DNA of 27,216 nt from a virus (taxonomy: Duplodnaviria > Caudoviricetes), in the IMG/VR virus record IMGVR_UViG_3300022752_000320, positions 1 to 27,216 of that record. One strand, written 5' to 3'. Below are positions 1 through 9,102 of the stretch, piece by piece. Below the pieces are notes generated by a model. It searched no databases. It saw only the letters and a program-made list of their open reading frames with translations, and was not told the DNA's origin. The position numbers were made by a program, and so were the translations under genes. The first letter of the stretch is position 1, and every line of letters begins with the position of its first letter.

Positions 1-2
1 GT

Positions 3-3000
3 AACTTTGAAAAGCGCGGCGAACAAGGTGCTGCGATTGCAAAGGGCTTGCGCGATGCGATGGCATCGAACGAGTTTGATCACAGCCAGCTCTATCACGC
101 CTTTAATATGGCTGACATTTCTGCAAACCTTCTTGGTGACACAAAGGGTGTTCACGATCTGAAGTTTGTTACGAATCTTGCTGGTGCAGTAGGCTCAAGA
201 ACCAAGCCACGTGAAAACATGAACGGCTTGATCCAGCTCACACTGGACCCTAAGAACCTTATTCTTGGACGTTCGACCTCGGCCCACGAGGCTTTCCACG
301 TATTGCAGGATTTGTTTGCTGACAGCGATAAGCAGGCAGCATCTGTTATCGGTAACGCCTTCAAGGGCGCTCAGACATTTGATGACATCGATCCAAATCT
401 ACTTCGCACATTGAAGCGGATGAAGGACCCTGACTCAAACAGAAGTGTCTATGACACGCTCAAGAGACAGATACCGCAGGACGTATTGGACAGCTATAGC
501 CAGCCTACTCGTGAACGCGAGATGCAGGCTTATGTGTTTGGTCATCTTGATGACGCAATTCGTCGTGGTCGCCAGCAACCCGCTGGTCTTGGATCGTCGT
601 TCGTTCGCTTCTTGAACTACTTCCGCAACTTCATTGCACGTGCAGGCAACTATCTGCGTGGTCAGGGCTTCCAGACCGCAGAAGATGTCATGCGTCAGAC
701 AACAGCGGGAACACGTCAAGCCGGTAAGGAACAGGTCGGCGCTCGTGTCACGGCTGCTGAAGAAGCTCCTGAGCAGGAATACTCTTCTGCACGTCTTCGC
801 CGTGGAACAGAAACCCTTAAGAAATACGGCATTCAGCGCGGAGAAACAGGCGTCAAAACTCGTCGTTTGGCAGAGGCTCTTGAGGCTCGTCAGCGCGAAA
901 AGTATGGCACGATTGAACGGAACGACTACTCGGAAGAAGCATCCAAAAAGATTGCAAATTGGATGGCTGAAGAAGTTGGTTTTGCGACCGAACAACAGGC
1001 CGCCGGTAATGATTCTGGTGTTGGTTGGTACAGTGAAAAGTACCAAAGGGCACTTGATGCGTTCTCTGTTATCTTCCCGGAACTTAGAACGGATAAGACA
1101 AAGCGTGACATCTTCACAGCGACAGTAGCTTTGATGTCTGATGGACAAAAGGTTTACAATAACTTTAGTCTCGCAGGACGTGCATATTCGGAATACCGCA
1201 GAACAGGAAGGTTCCCAGAAACATTCCCGTTTGGCGGCGAACGCACTGCTTCGATGGAAGTAAACCTTAAGAACATGAACGATCTCATCCAGATGTTTGG
1301 TGAGCGCGGTGCAATAGACTATCTTATGGAAGAAAGAACTGTTGGTGACTTGTCACGTGTTGCAAGACAAGACGGCATCAACTTCTCAACGGCCTATAAG
1401 GCTGACACAAAACTTCCTATGGCAGCACTTGTCTTCGGACCTAAGCTGGGTGCCTTCTTCTCTAATCTCATGGGAAGTCATGGATACCTTACAATGGATC
1501 GCTGGTGGTCGCGGACGTTCAATCGTTATCGCGGTCAGCTTGTGACACGTGTCATAGGAACCTCTGACAAGCCATTTAACTCAAAGGGTGAGCCTATTGG
1601 TCTTGCCCGTTTCAAGGTCCTTCTTGCTGCTTATGACCGCAGGAACTCTCCTTGGGACACAATTTCTGACGAAGAGGCCATCACTCGTCTTCGTGACTTC
1701 CGTGATTCTTATGAGGCTAAAAACTTCAAGAACGGGACAGAGATTGAAAAGGCTGCAAATACGTTATACAAAGCCGCATTCGAGGGTACAGAAGATCAGC
1801 CCTTTAATGCGAGCGACCGCTCGTTTATGATTGCTACAGCAAACCGCGCAAAAGAATTGTTGAAGCGTCGCGGTATCAATTTGTCTCTCGCAGATATCCA
1901 AGCCGTGCTTTGGTACTATGAGAAGCGTTTGTATGGAGAGTTAGGTGCAAGACAAACAGCAGACATCAGCTATGAAGAGGCCGCAAACAGGGTCATCAGA
2001 GACCACCGTGATAATCCCGGACGATGGGATACACACGATGCTCCAGAAGCTACCATCATCGGACCGGATGGCTCTCTTATTGAAGTTGGGGACGAAGGTG
2101 CCGCGCCAGAAGAAGGCTTAGGGGAAGAAGAGTTCTCCCGTGCTGCCGCTCAAACTGGTGACAACGTCGAAGAGTTTAAGAAGTGGTGGGGTGACAGTAA
2201 GGTTGTAAAACCTGACGGCCAGCCTATGCCTTATTATCACGGCACATTCAGGGCCTTCAAAAAGTTTGCAAAGGCAAAGTCTGCTTCTGTTTACAGAGAC
2301 TACTCCCGTAAAACAGGACCGTTTTTCTTCAGCCCAAAGCCTGAGTTTGCATCAGACTTTGCTATGACAGATATGACCAAAGGCGGCTCTGGAAAGACGG
2401 TTAAGAAGGGTCGTGTTATTCCTGTTTTCCTTAGTGTGCAGAAGCCCTTTGACTTTGCAGACGAAAGTCACATCCAAGAGTTGATGGGTGATCCTGTGTT
2501 CATGGATAACTTGAAACAAATGTCCCGCTCTTCCTCTATTAAAGCAGAACTCGATTCTATTAGGGACGGTCATTGGAATGCGATAGAACAGAGGTTTGTT
2601 CAGGAAGCCATTCGCCGTAATGGGTTCGATGGTTTTTATGTCGTGGAAGGCGGCAACAAAAACCTTGCTGTCTATGATCCCAAGCAGATCAAGGGTGTAT
2701 TCAACGAGTTCAAGCCGGGAACGGCTGTCTCGGAAGAGTTCTCTCGCGCAATTTCTGAAACAGGTCAGGAAGAAGAAGCACGTGTAAACTCGCAGCGTTT
2801 CGGCGGTCTGTGGGACGGCATTCGTGAGTTCTTCAAGCCGTTTGCTCTTGTCAGCAACGTCGAAGACTTGTTCATGCTCAGAAACATATCAATGGGTTCG
2901 ATCACGAAGTCTGAACGCTTTGCACGTCAGATGTCCAAGATCATAGGTGGTGCGTCACAGGCTGATCGTGACGCTGTCTATAAGTTCATGACAACGCGCA

Positions 3001-5195
3001 ATGCTGATGCAAGCATGATTGAGAATGACAAAGTTCGCAATGCAGCTATGCAGTCGAAGAAGGAAATCAACCTCCTTGCTCAAAAGATGATTGAGCAAGG
3101 CCAGTTGACCCAAGAGAGCTTTGATAAATATTACGATCAGTATCTCCCACGTCTCTATCTCTATTACGAACTCACCGGTCGCGGCATGAAGACGCCGATG
3201 GGTGGTAAGAGTATGCAGGAGTATCTGAAGACACGTAATGATCAGTTGTCTGAAGAAGATCGCGCAATCCTTGGCGAAATCAAGGACCCGGCCTTCTTGG
3301 TTTATGTTGCTCTGTCACGACCAGCTCGTGACTTGGCAATGATCAAATACCTCAACGGCATCTATTCTGTTGGTGAAGAAAGCGGATGGATTGCACCTCA
3401 AACTGTTGTCGATTGGCGCGGCAATACAATGACTCCTTATGACCTTTTCCATCGTTCGGAAGAGATGCGTAAGTATGTTCTGCCTACCTTGAAGGAACAG
3501 GACCCAGAACAGGCTGAGGTAATGGAAAAAGAAATCGGCAAAATGAAGGAAATTGCCGATGCCGGTATCAAGAGCATCCAGTCAAATATCAAGACATATG
3601 AGCTTGATGGCTTCAAACAGATGCCAGACCATCCTCGCTACGGTCCTCTGGCTGGCGCTGTTGTTAAGAAGGCAATCTACAACGATCTCGTCGGCACGTT
3701 CATCCCTCTTGGACGTGAGAATATGTCTGCTGCAGAACGTCTTCTTGGCGATGAAAATTCCGGCCTCGTTAAGATGACTCAGCTATGGAAGCTGGGTAAG
3801 ACCACGCTCAACCCACCGACACAGGTAACCAACGCCATATCCAACGCGATTGCGTTAAACATCTTTGGTGGCGTTCCACTTCGTCAGTTCCCACGGCTTT
3901 TCCGTGAAGCATTGAACGGAATGTTAAAGAACAACGAACAGTGGAACGATGCTCAGGACTTCGGTTTGCAGGGCGGCACAATGTCAGCAGCCGAACTCCG
4001 GGCAGCCCTGATACGCCTCAAAGCATACCAGTTCAAGTCTGGTCAGGACACGTCGTTGATTGGGATGTTTGCATCCGTTCGTTCGATCATGAGTGCTTTG
4101 GCAGAGGGTGCCACTGACGCATACCAGTTCTCTGAAACACTGTTTAAGTTCATGAAATATATTCATGAAGTTGAGCAGGCTGGTCCAAATCCAACCAACC
4201 GTCAAAAGTCAAACGCTGTTAACGCGGCGCAAGAAACATTGTTTGACTACAGCCTTGTGAACCCGAACATCCGTTATATCCGTAATGCCCCTATCGGCAT
4301 TCCGTTTATCACCTACTACTACAAGGCATTGCCGAAGCTGGTTGAGACAATGGTTAAGACGCCTTGGCGTTTTATCCCTTATATTGCAATGGCTTACGCC
4401 TTGCCGATGGCTACAATGGCGGCGTTCGATATCGACGAAGACGAAGTTGAAAAGCTCCGCAAGTCGATGGCTGATTACATCCGTGACAATGGATCGCTCT
4501 ATATCCTCCCAATGCGTGACAGTAAGGGGAACATAGAGTTCATTGACGTGGGTCGATTCTTCCCATTCTCGTCATTTATTGACCCCTTTATTACGGCATT
4601 TAGATATGGTGAGTACGGCAAGGGTGCAAAGGAACTTGCTCAACCATTCCTGCCAAGCGGCCCTCTTGTCACAGCAATCACGGCTTTGAATGCCGGGGTT
4701 GATCCATTTACGAAGAAAAAGATTTATGATGAGCGTGACACGCCAAAGGCACAGGCTCTGTCTATGCTGTCATACGTCTGGAACCAAGCCATGCCACCGG
4801 CAATCAATGTTGATCTAAACAACATGGATCACAGTGGCGGAGCGTTGCCTCGCATCTACAACTCCCTGTTTGTAGATGGAACGGGTGTTGATAAGCGAGG
4901 CCTTCCAAAACCTGAAGTAATGGAGTCTATGTTGCGCCTCTTGGGTGCTAACGTCACACCTCTTGATCCGGTCAAGCAAGCGGCATCAAACATGCTTTAT
5001 ATGCAGAACCAGATCGTCAAGACAAAGGCTCTTCAGACACAGGTGTCGCGTGACCAAAGCATGACTGCCGAGGCTCGCAAGCAAAAGATTAAGGAACTCG
5101 CTGAGAAGATCAAAGAGGACTCTTTGAAACTTGAGGAATACGCACAGAGTGTATCTGGCGTTGGTAATATCGCTAAGAAGATTAGGAACACATAA
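3..5195 (+). CDS. Giant phage polyvalent protein, probably virion-associated or injected (5'-truncated, at least 1730 aa): zincin metallopeptidase, HhH-GPD-like domain, ART-PolyVal-like domain and LPD-type helical C-terminus
   Basis: The frame is open from position 3 (NFEKRGEQG...), so the true start lies outside the window. HEAFH is at 285-299 with a downstream EREMQAY. GWY...MSDGQ...GPKLGAFFSNLMG...LTMDRW...QAVLW marks module 2. FKKWWGDSKVV..DGQP..YHGT...VIPVFL...GFDG...AVYDPKQIK marks the ART-PolyVal-like module. The C-terminus has KTTLNP..QVTN / LFDYS / PFITY motifs typical of large polyvalent phage proteins. Confidence 0.85.
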   Translation, partial: NFEKRGEQGAAIAKGLRDAMASNEFDHSQLYHAFNMADISANLLGDTKGVHDLKFVTNLAGAVGSRTKPRENMNGLIQLTLDPKNLILGRSTSAHEAFHVLQDLFADSDKQAASVIGNAFKGAQTFDDIDPNLLRTLKRMKDPDSNRSVYDTLKRQIPQDVLDSYSQPTREREMQAYVFGHLDDAIRRGRQQPAGLGSSFVRFLNYFRNFIARAGNYLRGQGFQTAEDVMRQTTAGTRQAGKEQVGARVTAAEEAPEQEYSSARLRRGTETLKKYGIQRGETGVKTRRLAEALEARQREKYGTIERNDYSEEASKKIANWMAEEVGFATEQQAAGNDSGVGWYSEKYQRALDAFSVIFPELRTDKTKRDIFTATVALMSDGQKVYNNFSLAGRAYSEYRRTGRFPETFPFGGERTASMEVNLKNMNDLIQMFGERGAIDYLMEERTVGDLSRVARQDGINFSTAYKADTKLPMAALVFGPKLGAFFSNLMGSHGYLTMDRWWSRTFNRYRGQLVTRVIGTSDKPFNSKGEPIGLARFKVLLAAYDRRNSPWDTISDEEAITRLRDFRDSYEAKNFKNGTEIEKAANTLYKAAFEGTEDQPFNASDRSFMIATANRAKELLKRRGINLSLADIQAVLWYYEKRLYGELGARQTADISYEEAANRVIRDHRDNPGRWDTHDAPEATIIGPDGSLIEVGDEGAAPEEGLGEEEFSRAAAQTGDNVEEFKKWWGDSKVVKPDGQPMPYYHGTFRAFKKFAKAKSASVYRDYSRKTGPFFFSPKPEFASDFAMTDMTKGGSGKTVKKGRVIPVFLSVQKPFDFADESHIQELMGDPVFMDNLKQMSRSSSIKAELDSIRDGHWNAIEQRFVQEAIRRNGFDGFYVVEGGNKNLAVYDPKQIKGVFNEFKPGTAVSEEFSRAISETGQEEEARVNSQRFGGLWDGIREFFKPFALVSNVEDLFMLRNISMGSITKSERFARQMSKIIGGASQADRDAVYKFMTTRNADASMIENDKVRNAAMQSKKEINLLAQKMIEQGQLTQESFDKYYDQYLPRLYLYYELTGRGMKTPMGGKSMQEYLKTRNDQLSEEDRAILGEIKDPAFLVYVALSRPARDLAMIKYLNGIYSVGEESGWIAPQTVVDWRGNTMTPYDLFHRSEEMRKYVLPTLKEQDPEQAEVMEKEIGKMKEIADAGIKSIQSNIKTYELDGFKQMPDHPRYGPLAGAVVKKAIYNDLVGTFIPLGRENMSAAERLLGDENSGLVKMTQLWKLGKTTLNPPTQVTNAISNAIALNIFGGVPLRQFPRLFREALNGMLKNNEQWNDAQDFGLQGGTMSAAELRAALIRLKAYQFKSGQDTSLIGMFASVRSIMSALAEGATDAYQFSETLFKFMKYIHEVEQAGPNPTNRQKSNAVNAAQETLFDYSLVNPNIRYIRNAPIGIPFITYYYKALPKLVETMVKTPWRFIPYIAMAYALPMATMAAFDIDEDEVEKLRKSMADYIRDNGSLYILPMRDSKGNIEFIDVGRFFPFSSFIDPFITAFRYGEYGKGAKELAQPFLPSGPLVTAITALNAGVDPFTKKKIYDERDTPKAQALSMLSYVWNQAMPPAINVDLNNMDHSGGALPRIYNSLFVDGTGVDKRGLPKPEVMESMLRLLGANVTPLDPVKQAASNMLYMQNQIVKTKALQTQVSRDQSMTAEARKQKIKELAEKIKEDSLKLEEYAQSVSGVGNIAKKIRNT

Positions 5196-5710
5196 TGAAG
5201 AGTAACTATGAGACATGTATCGCCCTCGTTCTCAAGCACGAAGGTGGATACGTTAATAACCCAAAAGACCCGGGCGGTGCCACGAATCTTGGCGTGACAA
5301 AGAAAGTCTGGGAGGAATGGGTTGGTAAGCCTGTGTCACTAGATGAAATGAAGGCGTTGACGGTAAAAGATGTCACCCCGCTCTACAAAGCGCAGTACTG
5401 GGACCGTGTCCGTGGAGATGATCTACCGGCAGGTGTTGACTATGCTGTTATGGATGTTGCTGTTAATAGCGGTGTTGTTCGCGCCGCCAAGTTTCTTCAG
5501 GCTGCTCTTGGACTTACTGCGGATGGCATTATCGGACCAGCGACACTAGCTGCTGCGGAGGCTGCCAACCCCCGTCAGCTTGTCACAGAAATCTGTGACA
5601 AGCGGCTGGCGTTTATGCAAGCTCTCCCGATCTGGAGTACTTTCGGAAAAGGATGGCAGCGTCGGGTGGGGGAAGTTGAGAAGAAGGCGTTCGAGATGGC
5701 ATCGGTGTGA
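5195..5710 (+). CDS. Endolysin, glycoside hydrolase family 108, with C-terminal peptidoglycan-binding domain
   Basis: LKHEGGYVNNPKDPGGATNLGVT (EGGY signature), D..VNSG...A.K.LQ..LG...DGIIGP.T, FGKGW..RV; TAATG overlap with the upstream gene. Confidence 0.92.
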   Translation: MKSNYETCIALVLKHEGGYVNNPKDPGGATNLGVTKKVWEEWVGKPVSLDEMKALTVKDVTPLYKAQYWDRVRGDDLPAGVDYAVMDVAVNSGVVRAAKFLQAALGLTADGIIGPATLAAAEAANPRQLVTEICDKRLAFMQALPIWSTFGKGWQRRVGEVEKKAFEMASV

Positions 5711-5721
5711 TGACAATGTCA

Positions 5722-7194
5722 TCACATGAGCCATTCTTTGTATTCCTCTCTCATGACAAGCGTCGCTATGTCGATCTTCTCACGAAGGGCCTTGAGAATC
5801 TTCTCCTCAACCGTGTTCTCCGTAACAAGGTCAATGTAGGTAACGGAGTTCTTCTGGCCGATACGATGCGCTCTGTCCTCAGACTGAAGCCGAACCTCTA
5901 AGTCATAAACATTGTTGTAGTAGATAACAGTCTTGGCTTCCGTCAGGGTTAGACCGTAACCGCCCGTGCGTGGTTGGCCCACGAAGAACCTGAGCTTGGA
6001 ACTCGGATCTTGGAACTTCTCAACGATGTCTTGACGTTCATCGGCATCGGTATCGCCGTAATACATGGCGGCTGACCCTTCACCATATTCCTCGTTCAGA
6101 GCGGCGGCGATACGTTTGATGTCTTCTGTAAAGACAGCCCAGATGATGACCTTGCCGTCCACCTCATCAATGGTTGCCGACAACTCAGCCAACTTGTTGT
6201 TGGGAAGGGTTGTCATCTTGCCCTCGTCATCGTTCACGTGACCGGAGCAAATCTGTTGCAGGCGGAGAATCTGTGTCAGGACGTTCGTCGCTGTCACGGT
6301 CGTCATGTCACCTTCTTCGTTCATCAGCTTAGCCAGTGCCAGCTTCTTCATGTAACCGTAAGCGACGGCCTGTTCGTCGGTCATCTCGACAACGCGCTTG
6401 ATGTAAATCTTCTCCGGAAGGTCAAGGCAATCCTTCTTCAAGACGCGGTAGCTGAACTCTTCCAGCTTGTCGGATAACTCATCAAGATTCTGGTAGCCCA
6501 CAACCTGATTGAAGCTGTGGCTCCCAACGCTTCTCCTGACAGTCTTCGCAAACCGACCTTGGAAGGCATAATAAGAAGTGTAGCCTATGAGTTTCGGGTC
6601 AAGGAAAGCGCATTGGCTGAATAGGTCCATCGGTGACTTGGTTATGGGGGAACCCGTCATGATTCTGCGGAACAATGACTTTTCCCCAACTTTTGTGATG
6701 TTCTTTGTCCGCTGAGCAGATTTATTTTTAATGGTGGTGCTTTCGTCAACCGCCATAAGTGTCTCATGTGTTTGACAAAATTTCATTGCGAAGGCTGTTC
6801 CACGGGCTGTGGAAAACGCTTCGACGTTCATGACGAGGATTTTGAAGCGGTCATCCTTCTTCAACGCCAAGTCTAATTTCTTTTTCTGTTCAATGGTTTG
6901 CTTGGGGTCCCATGCAATGACGTCGCAGTTTTCTAGGATGCGATCAGGCATGTGGCGGGGAATCTCGGACCTCTGCCAATTCTTATACACACCCTTCGGT
7001 GCGACAATTAGAGCGGCCTGAATTTCGTTGCGCTCAAACAGGATACCAATGTTGTCTATGAGCATCTTGGACTTGCCCGTTCCCATCTCACAGAACAAGG
7101 CAAAAACCTCTTTATTCCAAGACATTTGCAGCCCTTTTTTCTGATGCTCGTAGGGCGGCATTTTGAACTCATACTTCGTAACGAATGCGCTCAT
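5722..7194 (-). CDS. SNF2-family (SF2) helicase/ATPase
   Basis: PYEHQ, EMGTGKS (Walker A), VDES (Walker B), MTGSP, TGGYGLTLT, QSEDRAHRIGQ. Start moved to the ATG at 7194 (MSAFV), which has an AGAAAGAAG leader. Confidence 0.92.
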   Translation of the reverse strand: MSAFVTKYEFKMPPYEHQKKGLQMSWNKEVFALFCEMGTGKSKMLIDNIGILFERNEIQAALIVAPKGVYKNWQRSEIPRHMPDRILENCDVIAWDPKQTIEQKKKLDLALKKDDRFKILVMNVEAFSTARGTAFAMKFCQTHETLMAVDESTTIKNKSAQRTKNITKVGEKSLFRRIMTGSPITKSPMDLFSQCAFLDPKLIGYTSYYAFQGRFAKTVRRSVGSHSFNQVVGYQNLDELSDKLEEFSYRVLKKDCLDLPEKIYIKRVVEMTDEQAVAYGYMKKLALAKLMNEEGDMTTVTATNVLTQILRLQQICSGHVNDDEGKMTTLPNNKLAELSATIDEVDGKVIIWAVFTEDIKRIAAALNEEYGEGSAAMYYGDTDADERQDIVEKFQDPSSKLRFFVGQPRTGGYGLTLTEAKTVIYYNNVYDLEVRLQSEDRAHRIGQKNSVTYIDLVTENTVEEKILKALREKIDIATLVMREEYKEWLM

Positions 7195-7226
7195 GGTAAT
7201 TTCTTCTTTCTCAAAAGTGGAACCGG

Positions 7227-7256
7227 ATAATAAACGACAGCGGCTGGAATTTTCAA
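7227..7256 (-). promoter_or_regulatory. Putative sigma70 promoter for the SNF2 helicase
   Basis: TTGAAA-N18-TATTAT on the minus strand, 33 nt upstream of the ATG. Confidence 0.5.
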
Positions 7257-7263
7257 GTCCCCC

Positions 7264-7291
7264 TTGACAGCGTCCCGCGAGACTATATGTT
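7264..7291 (+). promoter_or_regulatory. Putative sigma70 promoter for the replication operon, back-to-back with the helicase promoter
   Basis: cTTGACA-N16-TATGTT followed by a purine-rich leader and the ATG at 7318. Confidence 0.55.
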
Positions 7292-7317
7292 GGGGATCGG
7301 AAAGGAAGAAAGCAAGA

Positions 7318-7656
7318 ATGACAGTTTATATCACTCATGAAATGCGAGGCCGTGATATTTCCAACGCTTTAGAGTATGGGCCGTTGAAAGTAGTTCTCCC
7401 CGCAGAAATACAAGTCATTGATAATCCTATACAAAAGAAGATGGTCATCGATATGATCGAGGACACTCTTAAGGATTTTAATGATGACGATTACTTACTT
7501 CTTTCCGGAGACCCCGCTTGCATCGGTATTTGCGTAGGGGTTGCGGCTTTGAATAATAATGGTCGCATCAAAATGCTAAAGTGGGATAGACATGAAGAAA
7601 GATATCTCAGTTTAGATGTCACGATAGAAATAGGAGCAGAAAGCGATGAGTATTGA
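7318..7656 (+). CDS. Conserved phage hypothetical protein, small alpha/beta fold (112 aa)
   Basis: ATG at 7318 after GAAAGGAAGAAAG. The DYLLLSGDP...LKWDR...Y motif is one I recognise from similar phage replication modules. Confidence 0.8.
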   Translation: MTVYITHEMRGRDISNALEYGPLKVVLPAEIQVIDNPIQKKMVIDMIEDTLKDFNDDDYLLLSGDPACIGICVGVAALNNNGRIKMLKWDRHEERYLSLDVTIEIGAESDEY

Positions 7657-8197
7657 TTTCGAAGACGTCGCTACCGACCTCTTGGATATTAAAGAGGAAG
7701 GGATGTCCAGAATTGCTTCTCTTGTGAAGCAACAACTGGCTCTTGAGGCGCGTGTCGCGGACCTTGAACAGGAACTCGGCAATGCAAAGAAAGACTTGAA
7801 GGAAGTTGCTGAAAACCAACTTCCTGCGGCTATGGCAGAATATGGCATGGCTAAAGTAAAGATGGATGACGGCAGTGAGATTGCCGTTTCCAAATTCTAT
7901 TCAGCGTCCATTCCAAAGGCTCGACAGGATGAGGCTTTTGATTGGCTTCGTGACAACGGTCACGAGTCGCTAATCAAGAACCAAGTCGCTATCAGCTTCG
8001 GACGTTCTGAAGACGCGGTGGCTCAGCTTCTCATGGATCGACTCCAAGCCGAAGGGTTTGAAACCCAGCAAAAGGTTTGGGTTGAACCCATGACGTTGAA
8101 AGCCTTCGTGAGGGAACAGGTTGAAGGGGGCGCACCGATACCCTCTGATCTGTTTGGTATTTACATCGGTGAACAGGCCAAAATTAAAAGGAAGTGA
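7646..8197 (+). CDS. Conserved phage replication-module protein with N-terminal coiled coil
   Basis: AGGAG RBS; heptad coiled coil, then AFDWLRDNGH..LIK...VEPMTLKAFVRE...P.DLF motif. Confidence 0.8.
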   Translation: MSIDFEDVATDLLDIKEEGMSRIASLVKQQLALEARVADLEQELGNAKKDLKEVAENQLPAAMAEYGMAKVKMDDGSEIAVSKFYSASIPKARQDEAFDWLRDNGHESLIKNQVAISFGRSEDAVAQLLMDRLQAEGFETQQKVWVEPMTLKAFVREQVEGGAPIPSDLFGIYIGEQAKIKRK

Positions 8198-8200
8198 CAT

Positions 8201-9040
8201 ATGGCAAAGTCAAATGTGGTTCCCGTTACCACCAAAAAAACGGAACTTGCCACTGCCTCTGATCTCTCAGGGTTTGAGGCGTTCGCTAACGAAGGTCTGG
8301 AAAGTGTATCCGCACAGGATTTAGCTATTCCTTATCTGCGTATCCTCGCACAACTGTCACCACAGGTGAACAAGCGTGACGGGGCATACGTCCAAAACGC
8401 GGAGGCGGGAATGATTTACAACACGGTTGAGAACGTCGTCTATGACGGCGAAGAAGGCGTGTCAGTAATCCCCTGCTACTATCGTCGCGTGTATGTAGAG
8501 TGGAAGCCACGTGAACAGGGTGGCGGTTATGTCGGGACCTATAATGCAGAGGACCCGATTGTGAAGAAGACTTTCAAGGACTCCAAAGGCAAAGACGTTT
8601 TGCCGAACGGAAACATCCTTGAGAACACGGCTGAGTTCTACGTGATCATGGTTGATCTGGAAGGCAACATTAAGCGTTGCTTGATTACCATGACATCGAC
8701 TCAGCTTAAGAAGGCTCGTAAGTGGCTGACACAAATCCAGACCACGATGGGCAAGGGCAAGGATGGACGCATGTTCACCATGCCTATGATGTCTCACATC
8801 TATACGCTTTCAACGGTTGAAGAGCGTAACGACAAGGGTTCGTGGTTTGGTTGGGAAGTTTCCCGTGACCGCGTTCTTGATCTGAAAGAAGGAAGCGATG
8901 CCGCTCTCTTCGAGATGGCAGTGGTCTTCTCCAAATCCGTCAAGGCGGGTGAGGTTAAGGTCAAACAGGAAAGTGAAGATCACACAACATCTAATGGTGG
9001 CGGTGCTACCATTGATGCGGATGATGATATCCCATTCTAA
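8201..9040 (+). CDS. Putative single-stranded DNA-binding protein
   Basis: Acidic C-terminal tail DADDDIPF, like bacterial SSB tails; DL.IP.L..LAQLSPQV and KGSWFGW motifs; sits between replication genes. Confidence 0.7.
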   Translation: MAKSNVVPVTTKKTELATASDLSGFEAFANEGLESVSAQDLAIPYLRILAQLSPQVNKRDGAYVQNAEAGMIYNTVENVVYDGEEGVSVIPCYYRRVYVEWKPREQGGGYVGTYNAEDPIVKKTFKDSKGKDVLPNGNILENTAEFYVIMVDLEGNIKRCLITMTSTQLKKARKWLTQIQTTMGKGKDGRMFTMPMMSHIYTLSTVEERNDKGSWFGWEVSRDRVLDLKEGSDAALFEMAVVFSKSVKAGEVKVKQESEDHTTSNGGGATIDADDDIPF

Positions 9041-9054
9041 CAACTTAATCCTAT

Positions 9055-9089
9055 GGCAGACCCTGTAACAGGGGTCTGCCGTTTCTGTT
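9055..9089 (+). terminator. Stem-loop after the SSB gene, a possible weak intrinsic terminator or attenuator
   Basis: GGCAGACCC-N8-GGGTCTGCC (9-bp stem) followed by GTTTCTGTT. Confidence 0.55.
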
Positions 9090-9102
9090 GTTGGGGGAAG
9101 TA

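Noticed and set aside
435-1148. 237-aa minus-strand ORF and other antisense or shifted ORFs inside the giant gene
   Set aside because: Shadow ORFs of a well-supported gene; no RBS or motifs.
5707-5901. 64-aa ORF after the endolysin as a possible holin
   Set aside because: Almost entirely antisense to the conserved helicase C-terminus; no convincing TM helix.
7195-7338. N-terminal extensions of track ORFs 5722..7338 and 7264..7656
   Set aside because: They run through the divergent promoter region; internal ATGs with RBSs are better starts.
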